The notes beneath the pieces are model-generated. The model was not told where the DNA came from. It saw only the letters and a program-made list of their open reading frames with translations, and searched no databases. The position numbers and the translations under genes were made by a program. This document shows positions 47,386 through 57,835 of a stretch of DNA of 64,000 nucleotides, piece by piece. The number at the start of each line of letters is the position of its first letter. Position 1 is the stretch's first letter. This DNA comes from a virus (lineage: Duplodnaviria > Heunggongvirae > Uroviricota > Caudoviricetes): IMG/VR virus record IMGVR_UViG_3300046355_000236; one strand, written 5' to 3'.

Positions 47386-48229
47386 AGCAAAGAAGGCTGA
47401 GGTGCCTGCACCTACAGCTCCCATCGAGCCTGATTCAGTAACTTCGTACGTTCCTAAGACGAAGGATGAAAAACGCTTCATGGATAAGCACGTAATCGTA
47501 AAAACAGATGACGCAAATGGCAATGGTGATGATCATTTCCGTGCAAGCAACATCGATACGTATGTGCGCAATACACACCACCATGGATATGCACGCGGCC
47601 AAGACCAGGCTGTTTATGAAGGAGCCGGTATGAAAACACTTTCCCAGATTCTATCTGAAAAGCACTTGACAGCCGCTGAGCTAAGCAAGCGCGAAGAAAT
47701 TGCTCAAGCAATGGAGCGCGAAACTCCTGGTATGAAGAAGGCCAAGAAAATGGCGATCGCTACTGCTACTGCAAAGCGCGTTGCCGAAGAAGTTGAAACA
47801 CTTGAAGAAGGTGAAGTAGCTCACGCACAGTATCTACAGTATCACGGTGATACAAAGAAGATGTTGGATAAGATCGGCAAGGGACTCGATACACATGCTA
47901 AGCACGTCTCGAGTAAGGACGGCTACAATGGCGGTCAGGCACACTGGGGTCATGTTGGTGATATGAAAGACTTTCACCGTCGTGTGCAGGATCTTCACGA
48001 TGCTGTACTACAACAAGGTGAGTATGCAGCTCCTCCAAAAGTTACAAAGCTGAAAGAAGAAGTTGATTTTGAAGTCAACCCGTTTGATGTATTCGGTGAC
48101 CAAGGTGCACTGGCTGCAGAAGTCTTTGAATCTCTAACTCCAGAAAACCGCGAAGTGTTTGTTGGTATGATGGAGCAAGGTCTAATGGAAGAGTTGTCAG
48201 AAATCATTAGCGAGGCAGGAGCAGAATAA
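47360..48229 (+). CDS. Prohead core / internal head protein (positional gp68 analogue), modular
   Basis: Position; KHLT.AE..KREEIA.AM module; several L-x-E gp21-type sites. Confidence 0.5.
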   Translation: MKTLKQVIEAKKAEVPAPTAPIEPDSVTSYVPKTKDEKRFMDKHVIVKTDDANGNGDDHFRASNIDTYVRNTHHHGYARGQDQAVYEGAGMKTLSQILSEKHLTAAELSKREEIAQAMERETPGMKKAKKMAIATATAKRVAEEVETLEEGEVAHAQYLQYHGDTKKMLDKIGKGLDTHAKHVSSKDGYNGGQAHWGHVGDMKDFHRRVQDLHDAVLQQGEYAAPPKVTKLKEEVDFEVNPFDVFGDQGALAAEVFESLTPENREVFVGMMEQGLMEELSEIISEAGAE

Positions 48230-48519
48230 TGTCTAATCCAGTTAAAATTCTTGGCACAGAAGTAACGCTGAGCAGCTCCGTTGCTAATAATGTTGGCAAC
48301 GCAAAGTTAGTACGTGTTATTAACCTAGCTGACTCACCAAACGATGTGGTTATTACTCTTGCATATGCTAATGGTACAGCAAAGGGCACATTTACATTGG
48401 GTCACGATGCAACAGGCTTTAGCGCGATCGATCTGATGAAAGATCCTACAGACACGTTGATGGCCGGTACAGCAAACTCTACTGTAATCACACGAGCTGT
48501 GTCAATTGCTTACACCTAA
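48229..48519 (+). CDS. Small hypothetical head-associated protein
   Basis: 96 aa beta-rich ORF coupled between the core gene and the protease. Confidence 0.55.
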   Translation: MSNPVKILGTEVTLSSSVANNVGNAKLVRVINLADSPNDVVITLAYANGTAKGTFTLGHDATGFSAIDLMKDPTDTLMAGTANSTVITRAVSIAYT

Positions 48520-48527
48520 GGACTAAC

Positions 48528-49187
48528 ATGAAGTTAATTACCGAATTAAACGAAGACGTTAAATACGTTGTCGAAGAAAAAGAAGGCAAGAAGCACGTCT
48601 TCATCGAAGGTATTATCATGCAAGGTGAGATCGAGAACCGTAACGGTCGCTTGTATCGCATCGACACACTTGAAAAAGAAATGAATCGCTACAACGAGCA
48701 ATATGTCTCAAAGAACAGAGCATATGGTGAGTTGGGACATCCAGCAGGACCTACCATTAACCTTGAACGCGCATGTATTATGTTCAAGAAGCTGTACCGT
48801 GAAGGTAACAACGTTATGGGTAAAGCAAAAGTACTAGATACTCCGATGGGTAACATCGTTAAGGGATTGATTGGTGAAGGTGCTTCACTTGGTATCTCTT
48901 CACGTGGCATGGGCAGTATCAAAGAAAATGCCAATGGCATTATGGAAGTCCAGAACGATTTCCACCTAGCTACTGCTGGTGATATTGTTGCTGATCCGTC
49001 TGCTCCAGATGCTTTTGTCCGTGGTATCATGGAAGGTGTCGAGTGGGTATGGGATAACGGTATCCTTAAAGCACAGCGTTTGGAACAATATAAAGAACAA
49101 ATCGAGCGCGGTGTTCGCTCAAGAATGAACGAAGAAACTGCAATTAATGTGTTCAAACAGTTTCTTTCTGATATTTCGAAAAGCTAA
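48528..49187 (+). CDS. gp21: Prohead protease
   Basis: N.NGR.Y, GELGHP.GP.INL, GISSRGMGS, DIVADPSAPDAFV motifs. Confidence 0.96.
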   Translation: MKLITELNEDVKYVVEEKEGKKHVFIEGIIMQGEIENRNGRLYRIDTLEKEMNRYNEQYVSKNRAYGELGHPAGPTINLERACIMFKKLYREGNNVMGKAKVLDTPMGNIVKGLIGEGASLGISSRGMGSIKENANGIMEVQNDFHLATAGDIVADPSAPDAFVRGIMEGVEWVWDNGILKAQRLEQYKEQIERGVRSRMNEETAINVFKQFLSDISKS

Positions 49188-49190
49188 TTT

Positions 49191-49198
49191 TATAAATA
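49191..49198 (+). promoter_or_regulatory. T4 late promoter TATAAATA upstream of gp22
   Basis: Exact consensus. Confidence 0.85.
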
Positions 49199-49221
49199 AA
49201 TAAAAGTACAAGGAGCCTTAA

Positions 49222-50214
49222 ATGACTATTAAAAAACAACTGGACGAAAAGATCCAAACTGGTGGCGGTGCTACTGGTGTTGCTCATACTGTTGACCCAG
49301 TTGCAAAGAATGCAACTTTGCCAGCATCCAATTTGAACAACGGTGAGTCCATGAACACGATCGACAAGATCACCCCAGGTCAAGCTGAACAAGACACCGA
49401 TACTGCTAACAACGTCAAAGCTGTCTCTGCTACTGCAGGTGGCAACAAGTCTTCCGTTGCAATGAAGCCTAGCGCTGCATCTGCATCTATGAAGGAAGAC
49501 GTTGATGCAATGTTTAGCGGTGAAGAATTGTCAGAGACTTTCAAAGAGAAAGCAACAGTTATTTTCGAAGCAGCTGTTACAGCTCGTATCAACGAAATCA
49601 CTGCTGACCTTGAAGAACAATACAACACAGCTCTTGCAGAAGAAGTTGCTGGTGTTGAAGAAGCCCTGCAAGATAAACTAGACCAGTACTTGGAATATGT
49701 TGCTGAGCAGTGGATGGAAGAAAACCGTGTTGCTGTACAAGCTTCACTGAAAACTGAAATTACCGAATCGTTCATCGAAAGCCTAAAGGGTCTATTCGCT
49801 GAGCACTACATTACTGTTCCAGAAGAAAAATTCGACGTCGTCGAAGGCATGCAGGAACAAATCGAAGAAATTCAAGCTCACCTAGATAGCGTAATGGAAG
49901 AAAACATTGCATTGAAGGGTGAATTGAGCGAGTCTACTCGTGAGAAGGTTCTTTCTACTGTTGCCGAAGGTCTGACAGCTACTCAAGCTGAAAAACTGGC
50001 TACATTGGCAGAAGGCGTTGAATTTGATTCAGCCGCTAACTTCCAAAAGAAACTGGAGATCGTTAAGGAAAGCTATTTCCATACCGACAAGTCTAGCAAG
50101 CCACAAAACCTGCTTGAAGAGCTGAACGAAGAAGTCAGCCAAACGAATGCTGCGCCTACTAATTCCGCCGTTGCACAATATGCATCAGCAATTAGCAGAA
50201 CGCTGAAAAAGTAA
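49222..50214 (+). CDS. gp22: Prohead scaffold protein
   Basis: GEELSE.FK.KA.VIFEAAV, YL.YV.E.WM.EN, LF.EHYI.VPEEK motifs. Confidence 0.93.
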   Translation: MTIKKQLDEKIQTGGGATGVAHTVDPVAKNATLPASNLNNGESMNTIDKITPGQAEQDTDTANNVKAVSATAGGNKSSVAMKPSAASASMKEDVDAMFSGEELSETFKEKATVIFEAAVTARINEITADLEEQYNTALAEEVAGVEEALQDKLDQYLEYVAEQWMEENRVAVQASLKTEITESFIESLKGLFAEHYITVPEEKFDVVEGMQEQIEEIQAHLDSVMEENIALKGELSESTREKVLSTVAEGLTATQAEKLATLAEGVEFDSAANFQKKLEIVKESYFHTDKSSKPQNLLEELNEEVSQTNAAPTNSAVAQYASAISRTLKK

Positions 50215-50218
50215 TTCC

Positions 50219-50226
50219 TATAAATA
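50219..50226 (+). promoter_or_regulatory. T4 late promoter TATAAATA upstream of gp23
   Basis: Exact consensus. Confidence 0.85.
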
Positions 50227-50267
50227 AATTCATTCCAACTAACTAAACCAAGAAGGGGATAGAGAAA

Positions 50268-51617
50268 ATGTACCTTAATGAAGAAATTCAACAAAAGTGG
50301 GCTCCTGTACTAGAGCACGCTGATCTTCCAAAGATCGAAAATGCTCACAAGCGTGGCGTAGTAGCTACTTTGCTTGAGAACACAGAAAAGGCTTTGATGG
50401 AAGCTAGCCACCAGTCCGCTGGTAGCCAGTACCTGTCTGAGTCGCCAGTTCCAGTTAACTCCGGCGTTGCTGGTGGTGCTGGTAACTACGCTACTTTCGA
50501 TCCAGTGTTGATTAGCTTGGTTCGCCGTGCTATGCCTAACCTGATCGCTTATGACATCTGCGGTGTCCAGCCTATGACTGGTCCTACAGGTCTGATCTTC
50601 GCAATGCGTGCACAATACGCAAACACTACAGCTCTGACTGGTGAAACCTTCTACAACGAAGTTGACACCGCATTCAGCTCTGTTACATCTGGCGCTAACA
50701 CCTTCGGTCAAAAGAACGTCGGTACTGTTCCTGGTTCTACTAGCCAAACCATTAACTTGGCTTCTTCTGGTGTTTACAACACTGGTTCCGGTATGTCTAC
50801 TGCTCAAGCAGAAGCATTGGGTACCACAAGTAACACAGCTTTCCCACAAATGGGTTTCAGCATCGACAAAGTTACGGTTACTGCAAAGAGCCGTGCATTG
50901 AAGGCTGAATACACCATGGAACTTGCACAAGACTTGAAGGCAATTCACGGTCTTGATGCTGAGACAGAATTGTCCAACATTCTGACAGGCGAAATCCTGG
51001 CTGAAATCAACCGTGAAGTTGTTCGTACGATCAACATTACAGCTCAACGTGGTGCTTCTACTGGTACTGCTACTGCTGGCGTGTTTGACTTGGACGTTGA
51101 CTCTAACGGTCGTTGGTCTGTTGAAAAGTTCAAGGGCTTGATGTTCCAAATCGAACGTGAAGCTAACCAGATCGCTAAGAACACCCGTCGTGGTAAGGGT
51201 AACATCATCATCTGCTCTTCGGACGTCGCTTCCGCATTGCAAATGGCTGGTGTCCTAGACTACACTCCTGCTTTGAACAGCAACAACCTGCAAATCGACG
51301 ATACAGGTAACACTTTCGCTGGTGTCCTGAACGGTCGTATGAAGGTTTACATCGACCCATATGCAACTGGCAACTACATGACCATCGGTTATAAGGGTTC
51401 CAGCGCATTTGACGCCGGTCTGTTCTACTGCCCATACGTTCCTTTGCAAATGGTTCGTGCTGTTGATCAAGACAGCTTCGCACCTAAGATTGGTTTCAAG
51501 ACTCGCTACGGCATGGTCGCAAACCCATTCGCAGAAGGTATCACAGTTGGTGCAGGTGCACTGAACAAGGATAGTAACGTTTACTACCGCCGTATCATCG
51601 TTGAAAACTTGCTGTAA
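50268..51617 (+). CDS. gp23: Major capsid protein
   Basis: LVRRAMPNLIAYDICGVQPMTGPTGLIFAMR, SRALKAEYTMELAQDLKAIHGLDAE, FYCPYVPL motifs. Confidence 0.98.
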   Translation: MYLNEEIQQKWAPVLEHADLPKIENAHKRGVVATLLENTEKALMEASHQSAGSQYLSESPVPVNSGVAGGAGNYATFDPVLISLVRRAMPNLIAYDICGVQPMTGPTGLIFAMRAQYANTTALTGETFYNEVDTAFSSVTSGANTFGQKNVGTVPGSTSQTINLASSGVYNTGSGMSTAQAEALGTTSNTAFPQMGFSIDKVTVTAKSRALKAEYTMELAQDLKAIHGLDAETELSNILTGEILAEINREVVRTINITAQRGASTGTATAGVFDLDVDSNGRWSVEKFKGLMFQIEREANQIAKNTRRGKGNIIICSSDVASALQMAGVLDYTPALNSNNLQIDDTGNTFAGVLNGRMKVYIDPYATGNYMTIGYKGSSAFDAGLFYCPYVPLQMVRAVDQDSFAPKIGFKTRYGMVANPFAEGITVGAGALNKDSNVYYRRIIVENLL

Positions 51618-51648
51618 TAAAAACAATAAGACAGCAATCGATGCTTCT

Positions 51649-51673
51649 AAAGGGACCTCCGGGTCCCTTTTTT
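51649..51673 (+). terminator. Rho-independent terminator after gp23
   Basis: AAAGGGACC-TCCG-GGTCCCTTT followed by TTT. Confidence 0.9.
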
Positions 51674-51677
51674 ATTG

Positions 51678-51685
51678 CCTAAATA
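51678..51685 (+). promoter_or_regulatory. Late promoter variant CCTAAATA upstream of gp3
   Basis: Motif immediately after the terminator. Confidence 0.45.
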
Positions 51686-51700
51686 GATCGAGGAGCTATT

Positions 51701-52219
51701 ATGAGCGTACTATCAGATCAACCATCTAATCCAAGTTTTCTGTCTCCGTTAGGATTCAGGCTACAAATCAATAAAACCCCCGCGGTTAATTACTTCGTGC
51801 AAGGTGTGACCCTGCCGAGCGTATCTCTTGCTACAGCAGACGTTGATACTCCCTTTACAAAGATTCCATTCCCTGGCACACGTCTGACATATGGTAATTT
51901 ACGTATCACATTCAAGGTCGATGAAGACATGCAGAACTACCTTGAAATCTACAACTGGCTAAAAGGTATTGGTTTTCCAGACAACTTTGCCCAGTATGCA
52001 GGTACTAGCACACCAGGTGCAATAGACGACATCTTCTCTGACATTACATTGACTGTCCTTACCAGTGCAATGAATCCTCAGACAGAAATTACGTTTTATG
52101 ATTGCTTCCCTGTTGACCTATCAGAGCTTTTGTTTGATAGTACATCTGCTGATGTGGAATATCTAACTGCTACTGTTACATTTGCAAATAGACGATTTGA
52201 AGTAAAACCTGTGATTTAA
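51701..52219 (+). CDS. gp3: Tail tube terminator / tail completion protein
   Basis: N..FLSP.GFR, V.YF.Q..TLP, F.VDEDM.NY.EI..W, F.D.FP..LS motifs. Confidence 0.85.
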   Translation: MSVLSDQPSNPSFLSPLGFRLQINKTPAVNYFVQGVTLPSVSLATADVDTPFTKIPFPGTRLTYGNLRITFKVDEDMQNYLEIYNWLKGIGFPDNFAQYAGTSTPGAIDDIFSDITLTVLTSAMNPQTEITFYDCFPVDLSELLFDSTSADVEYLTATVTFANRRFEVKPVI

Positions 52220-52225
52220 TTTGTT

Positions 52226-52660
52226 ATGAAACTTGATGATATTATGAATGCTTGGGAGCAAGACTCGAGCATGGATGAAACCGAGCTGGGCACCGAGAGC
52301 GTAAAGACGCCATACCTCCACCATAAGTACTTTAAGATGTACACGCAGGAGGGGATCGCCCTCAAGAATCTTCAATACGAGCAAAAGATGCTCTACAAAT
52401 TGAAATACCAATATTACATGGGTATTTTAGATGAAGAGACGATGAAAGAAAAGGGGTGGGAACCAAATCCCCTCAAAATTCTCAAACAAGATATGTCAAT
52501 GTATCTTGAAAGCGATCCAGACCTGCAGATATTCAGCAAGAGGATGGATATTCAAGAGCAAAAACTTACGTTCCTGGAGTCCGTCATTAAAGTTATTATG
52601 AACCGCACATTCGTGATCAAGAACGCGATTGAGTGGAACCGGTTTAAGGCAGGTGGATGA
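52226..52660 (+). CDS. uvsY: Recombination mediator
   Basis: W..DS..D...L..ES...P.LH.KY, R.F.IKNAIEW.RF.AG motifs. Confidence 0.88.
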   Translation: MKLDDIMNAWEQDSSMDETELGTESVKTPYLHHKYFKMYTQEGIALKNLQYEQKMLYKLKYQYYMGILDEETMKEKGWEPNPLKILKQDMSMYLESDPDLQIFSKRMDIQEQKLTFLESVIKVIMNRTFVIKNAIEWNRFKAGG

Positions 52661-54126
52661 CCGACACGTTATACATATCAAAATACAACGACGTACACAT
52701 AAAGATACAGTCAGATGCTGGGATTGCATATGAGCTAAGTGAATACTTCACATTCATGGTCCCAGCTGCTAAGTTTTCCCCAGCATTTAAAAACAAGGTC
52801 TGGGACGGTAAGATCCGTTTGTTCAATACGCTCCGCCGTACACTATACTTCGGTCTCACGTTTGCAGTAGAAAAGTTTGCAAAGGATCGTGGGTATAATG
52901 TTGAGTATGTTGAACCAAATGATTTTGCCAAGGTAGAATTCTCAATCAGCGAAGCTGATCAGTTCGTAGAGAAGTTGAAACTACCATTCAAGCCCCGCGA
53001 ATACCAAATGGAAGCATTTGTACATGCTGTCCGCAATCGCCGAGCAATCCTAATATCTCCTACAGGCTCTGGTAAGTCATTGATTGCTTATCTGTTGGCG
53101 CGTCTGTATGCGCGCAACAAGGTCTTGATCATCGTTCCAAACATTGGTCTGGTAAACCAGCTTGCATCGGACTTCATCAACGACTACGGTTGCCCGCCAG
53201 AAATGATCCACAAGATTTTCTCTGGTCAAGAAAAGTCAACAGATGCACCTTTCGTTATTACTACATGGCAAAGTATCTACAAATTACCAGAGAAGTGGTT
53301 TGAGCCTTATGGCGCAATCATCGGTGATGAGGTTCACGGATTCAAATCCAAAAGTCTTATTACTATCATGGAAAATCTGAACAAGTGCAAGTACCGATTT
53401 GGTTTAACTGGTACGTTGGATGGCACTCAGACAAATAAGCTGGTGTTAGAAGGGTTATTTGGCGCCGTAAAGCAGGTAACGACAACGTCAAAGCTGATAG
53501 AAGAGAAGACGCTTGCTCAACTGTCTATTAAGGCAATCGTATTGAGCTACGATGATACAACTCGTCATATGTTTGGTAAGGGCAAACCGAACTACAAAGA
53601 CGAATTGAAATATCTAATGGATAACAAGGACCGCAACAAGTTCATCGTTAATCTAGTTAATTCATTAAAAAATAACACGTTGCTGTTGTTTAATAATATT
53701 GCTCATGGTAAAATACTATACCAAGCAATTAAAGAGCAAAATCCTGATAAGGACGTGTTCTTTGTTTATGGTGGTGTAGAGGGTGACGAACGTGAAGAAA
53801 TTCGTAAGTATGCAGAGAACAATAACAACGTTATTATCATTGCTTCATACAAAACATTCTCTACTGGTATCAACATTAAGAACATACATAACGTAATATT
53901 CGGCACTCCAAGTAAGTCTCGTATCCGCGTATTCCAATCTATTGGTCGTGGACTGCGTACTAAAGAAGGTAAACTGGATGCTGCGTTGTATGATATTGCT
54001 GATGATATATCATGGAAGTCGTATAAGAATCATACGATCCAACATTTCAACGAACGTATTCAAATGTATGTTCAAGAAAAGTTTGACTATAAGATATACA
54101 CAATCAAACTAAAGAGGGACCAATGA
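52657..54126 (+). CDS. uvsW: SF2 DNA helicase
   Basis: WDGKIRLF, SPTGSGKS, DEVH, GLTGT, QSIGRGLR motifs. Confidence 0.95.
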   Translation: MTDTLYISKYNDVHIKIQSDAGIAYELSEYFTFMVPAAKFSPAFKNKVWDGKIRLFNTLRRTLYFGLTFAVEKFAKDRGYNVEYVEPNDFAKVEFSISEADQFVEKLKLPFKPREYQMEAFVHAVRNRRAILISPTGSGKSLIAYLLARLYARNKVLIIVPNIGLVNQLASDFINDYGCPPEMIHKIFSGQEKSTDAPFVITTWQSIYKLPEKWFEPYGAIIGDEVHGFKSKSLITIMENLNKCKYRFGLTGTLDGTQTNKLVLEGLFGAVKQVTTTSKLIEEKTLAQLSIKAIVLSYDDTTRHMFGKGKPNYKDELKYLMDNKDRNKFIVNLVNSLKNNTLLLFNNIAHGKILYQAIKEQNPDKDVFFVYGGVEGDEREEIRKYAENNNNVIIIASYKTFSTGINIKNIHNVIFGTPSKSRIRVFQSIGRGLRTKEGKLDAALYDIADDISWKSYKNHTIQHFNERIQMYVQEKFDYKIYTIKLKRDQ

Positions 54127-54503
54127 TATCAATTGTAAAACTAACAAGCGGAACCGAAATCGTAGGTAGTGTGGAACACGAAAACAGTCATGAAATTGTT
54201 CTCGGTAATCCATTGCAAATCAACTATCGATACTTTACTGGACCTGTACCGTCTGTTTCTTTTGTAAGATATATTATGTTTGCTCAGGCTGAATCGGTCA
54301 CGTTTGATAAAATGCATGTGTTGCACGTGGTGCAAGCAAGGGAGTCATTTGCCAAGTTCTATGGTACTGCTGTAAAGCAATTCTCAAAAGACGTAGTGCA
54401 AATGATTGATGATGAACTAAGTGATATACCGACAGAAGTGTCCAGTGATCAACTGGAAAGTGCACTTGAAAGCATGTCGGTGGAAGGTATGACAGTTAAC
54501 TAA
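54123..54503 (+). CDS. Conserved hypothetical protein (Sm-like, UvsW.1 position)
   Basis: IVKL.SG.EI.G motif; synteny. Confidence 0.6.
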   Translation: MISIVKLTSGTEIVGSVEHENSHEIVLGNPLQINYRYFTGPVPSVSFVRYIMFAQAESVTFDKMHVLHVVQARESFAKFYGTAVKQFSKDVVQMIDDELSDIPTEVSSDQLESALESMSVEGMTVN

Positions 54504-54504
54504 T

Positions 54505-55062
54505 ATGGCTACACATTATGTAGATAACAAGCAACTATTTGCTGTTATCATTGAATACAAAGCAGCTATTGCAAAAGCGATAGAGGAAGATAAACCGAAG
54601 CCTGTCATTCCCAACTATGTTGGTGAGTGCATTCTAATGATTGCAAAGAGGCTATCAACAAAACCCAACTTTGTTAACTACTCTTACCGTGATGAGATGA
54701 TTAGTGATGGAATTGAAAACTGTATCTCTTATTTTGATAATTTTGATCCTAGCAAATCAGATAATCCATTCGCTTACTTTACGCAAATTATCTACTTCGC
54801 ATTCCTCCGCAGAATCCAAAAAGAAAAGAAGCAAATCTACATCAAGCATAAAACAGCAGAAAACAGTATGCTGTTCAACGAGCTGGTGGAGCAAGGTGAA
54901 GGGGAAGACTTTGTCTTTAATCCGATGGACTTTGACAGTGAAAACGTTTCTGACTTCATCAAGGCGTTCGAAGAAAACATAGACAAGAAAAAGATCAAAC
55001 GCAAAAAGGGTATCGACTTGTTTATTGAAGAGGAATCAGATGAAACTGGCCTTACTGGGTGA
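54505..55062 (+). CDS. gp55: Late transcription sigma factor
   Basis: HYVDNK, YVGECIL.IA..LS.KPNF.NYSYRDEMISDGIENC, NPFAYFTQI.YFAFLRRI.KEKKQ motifs. Confidence 0.96.
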   Translation: MATHYVDNKQLFAVIIEYKAAIAKAIEEDKPKPVIPNYVGECILMIAKRLSTKPNFVNYSYRDEMISDGIENCISYFDNFDPSKSDNPFAYFTQIIYFAFLRRIQKEKKQIYIKHKTAENSMLFNELVEQGEGEDFVFNPMDFDSENVSDFIKAFEENIDKKKIKRKKGIDLFIEEESDETGLTG

Positions 55063-56113
55063 CACACATTTCGGGGCTCGTAATGACAGCCCTGCTTTCC
55101 ATAAACTATTTGCACGATTCTACAACGAAGTTTTCTTCCCATATCTCGAAAAAGAAAACATTCTCCACGTAGTTCAACTCGGAGATGTTTTCGATCGACG
55201 CAAATATATCAACTTCCAGACCTTAAAAAGTAGCCGAGAATACTTTTTCGAGCGTCTGAACAAAGACTACACATCATGGTTGTTTGTTGGCAATCACGAC
55301 ACATACTACAAAAACACCAATGATGTTAATTCGCCAGAGCTCCTTCTTGGTGAATACCACAACATCAACACTGTCAACACACCCACAGAGATAGATTTTG
55401 AGGGCGTTAAGTTCTTAATGATTCCTTGGTGGTGCGAAGGTAACAGCGACGAGATTAGTCGAACGATTGCAGAATCAAAAGCAAACGTTGTCGCCGGTCA
55501 CCTGGAGTTGGATGGTTTTGAGATGTATAGTGGCGTGTCGCATCAAGGTGGAACGTCACCAAAGATCTTTGAAAACTTTGAGATGGTTGTTTCTGGTCAC
55601 TTTCATCACAAGTCAACACATGGTAATATCAACTATTTGGGTACACCATATGAGATGACATGGTCGGACTATAACGATCCAAAAGGGTTCCACATCTACG
55701 ATACAGACACTCGTGAATTGACGTTTATTGAGAATCCTATACGGATGTTCCATAAGATCCACTACGATGACATGGATCAGCAGACGTCAGACGTGTTAAA
55801 CGTGGATTTTAGCGCTTATAAAGAGACATACGTCAAGTTGATAGTACGCAACAAAACAAACCCGTATACGTTCGATTTATTCGTTACAAAGCTGGAAGAA
55901 GCTGGTGTGTATAACGTACAGGTAGTTGAAGACCATTTCAATCTCGATATTGAAACGGATGATGAGATTGTTCAGCAAGCAGAAGATACTTTGTCTCTGT
56001 TGACAAAGTATGTCAAACAGATGGATGATTCGATCGATAAGCCTCGTCTTGATACATTGATGAGATCTCTATATCAGGAAGCATTGAGTGTAGAATCACT
56101 AAACGTGGAGTAA
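55040..56113 (+). CDS. gp47: Recombination endonuclease (Mre11/SbcD-like)
   Basis: GDTHFG, LGDVFDRRK, GNHD, GHLE, SGHFH motifs. Confidence 0.95.
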   Translation: MKLALLGDTHFGARNDSPAFHKLFARFYNEVFFPYLEKENILHVVQLGDVFDRRKYINFQTLKSSREYFFERLNKDYTSWLFVGNHDTYYKNTNDVNSPELLLGEYHNINTVNTPTEIDFEGVKFLMIPWWCEGNSDEISRTIAESKANVVAGHLELDGFEMYSGVSHQGGTSPKIFENFEMVVSGHFHHKSTHGNINYLGTPYEMTWSDYNDPKGFHIYDTDTRELTFIENPIRMFHKIHYDDMDQQTSDVLNVDFSAYKETYVKLIVRNKTNPYTFDLFVTKLEEAGVYNVQVVEDHFNLDIETDDEIVQQAEDTLSLLTKYVKQMDDSIDKPRLDTLMRSLYQEALSVESLNVE

Positions 56114-56116
56114 TTT

Positions 56117-57835
56117 GTGATTGTTTTTAAGAAGATACGCTGGAAGAACCTTCTCAGCACTGGTGATGTATGGACGGAAGTTTCTCTGAACACACATGGG
56201 CAGACGCTGATTGTTGGTGATAATGGCGCAGGTAAATCAACAATCCTGGATGCTCTTTCGTTTGCTCTATATGGTAAGCCTTTCCGTAAGGTTAATAAAG
56301 GCCAACTGCTCAACTCTATCAACAAAAAAGGTCTGGTCGTTGAGTGTGAGTTTGCTGTTGGTACATATTCTTACCTCGTGCGTAGAGGTATCAAACCAAA
56401 CGTCTTTGAAATCTACCAAAACGATAATCTGATCAACCTGGACGCTGCGTCTGGCGACTACCAAGAGCTCTTGGATAAACAGATTCTCAAGCTCAACCAG
56501 AAGTCGTTTTCACAGATTGTCGTCCTCGGTAGTGCATCGTTTGTTCCTTTCATGCAGCTATCTGCTGCTCACCGACGTGAAGTTATCGAAGATTTGCTCG
56601 GCATTGAAGTGTTTACAGTGATGAATTCCTTATTGAAAGATAAGGTTGCGTCTAACAAGACAAGTATCATGCAGGCAGACATGACACTTCGTAGTATCGC
56701 TGATAAGATTCAGATTGAAAACCAACATCTGGAAGTGTTGCAGACAAACAACGACGAACAGATCAAAGATAAGCAGTCGCAGATCGATGTCCTTGAAGCA
56801 AACATTAAGCGTAAAGAAGCGCAGCGCAAGAAGGTTGTTCAGAAGCTGGATGCTTTTGATGATCTCGATAGCGCACAGACAGATGTAATTACCAAGCAGA
56901 CTAGCTTTGTTCAGCAGTTGCGTGAATTGAATTCATGGACTTCGACACATAAGAAAGACATTGGCTTCTTCCACCAACATGATGATTGTCCTGTGTGTAA
57001 GCAGAGCATCGATCAAGATTTCAAGCAAAGTGCGATTAAAGACAAGCAAACGCAGATTGATGAGTTTGAAGAACAGAAGCAAAAGTACGAAGCTGAGTTG
57101 GAAAAGCTGATTGCCAGCCTTGATGGCATTCGCACGCAGATCAAGATTCGCGAACAGCACAGAACGCAAGAAAAGGAAATGTCAGCCGATATTATTCTTT
57201 GGCAACGTCAGATCAAGAGCTTGCAAAAAGACATCAGCTCACTGAATGCTAATGTTGGTCACATCGAGGACAACAAACAGCGTCTAAAAGATCTGAAAAC
57301 GCAGATGAAAGAGCAACTCACAGATCGTGAAGCTCTTGGCAAATATAAGAGTGTTTTGGAAGTTGCAGCGGCAATGTTGAAGGATTCTGGTATAAAAACC
57401 AAGATTATTCGTCAATATATACCTGTAATCAACAAATTGATTAATAAGTATCTGGCTGCAATGGACTTCTTTGTCAACTTCCAAATCGATGAGTCCTTTG
57501 AAGAAAAGATCAAATCGAGATTCCGTGATGAGTTTAGTTACGCATCCTTTTCCGAGGGTGAAAAGTCTCGCTTAGATTTGGCACTGCTGTTTACATGGCG
57601 AACAATTGCCAGACTGAGAAACAGTACCAGTACTAATCTCTTGATCCTCGATGAAGTATTCGATGGATCGTTAGACGGTCAAGGTAATGAAGAGTTGTTG
57701 AAAATTCTCAATACACTGACTGATGGTAATAATGTTTTTGTGATCTCACATAAAACCGATGCGTACCTTGATAAGTTTGAGCGAGTACTCAAATTTGAAA
57801 AGCAGAAAAACTTTAGTAAAATGGTTACACTATGA
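56117..57835 (+). CDS. gp46: Recombination ATPase (Rad50/SbcC-like)
   Basis: GDNGAGKST, CPVC zinc hook, FSEGEK, LDEVFDGSLD motifs; GTG start. Confidence 0.96.
   Translation: MIVFKKIRWKNLLSTGDVWTEVSLNTHGQTLIVGDNGAGKSTILDALSFALYGKPFRKVNKGQLLNSINKKGLVVECEFAVGTYSYLVRRGIKPNVFEIYQNDNLINLDAASGDYQELLDKQILKLNQKSFSQIVVLGSASFVPFMQLSAAHRREVIEDLLGIEVFTVMNSLLKDKVASNKTSIMQADMTLRSIADKIQIENQHLEVLQTNNDEQIKDKQSQIDVLEANIKRKEAQRKKVVQKLDAFDDLDSAQTDVITKQTSFVQQLRELNSWTSTHKKDIGFFHQHDDCPVCKQSIDQDFKQSAIKDKQTQIDEFEEQKQKYEAELEKLIASLDGIRTQIKIREQHRTQEKEMSADIILWQRQIKSLQKDISSLNANVGHIEDNKQRLKDLKTQMKEQLTDREALGKYKSVLEVAAAMLKDSGIKTKIIRQYIPVINKLINKYLAAMDFFVNFQIDESFEEKIKSRFRDEFSYASFSEGEKSRLDLALLFTWRTIARLRNSTSTNLLILDEVFDGSLDGQGNEELLKILNTLTDGNNVFVISHKTDAYLDKFERVLKFEKQKNFSKMVTL

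Noticed and set aside
50310-51242. 310-aa ORF antisense to gp23 (also 44389-44937 antisense to gp18)
   Set aside because: Long antisense frames are expected opposite highly expressed, codon-biased genes; no RBS or recognisable motif.
41076-51617. Group I introns or inteins in terminase, sheath, portal or capsid genes
   Set aside because: All are uninterrupted ORFs of normal length.
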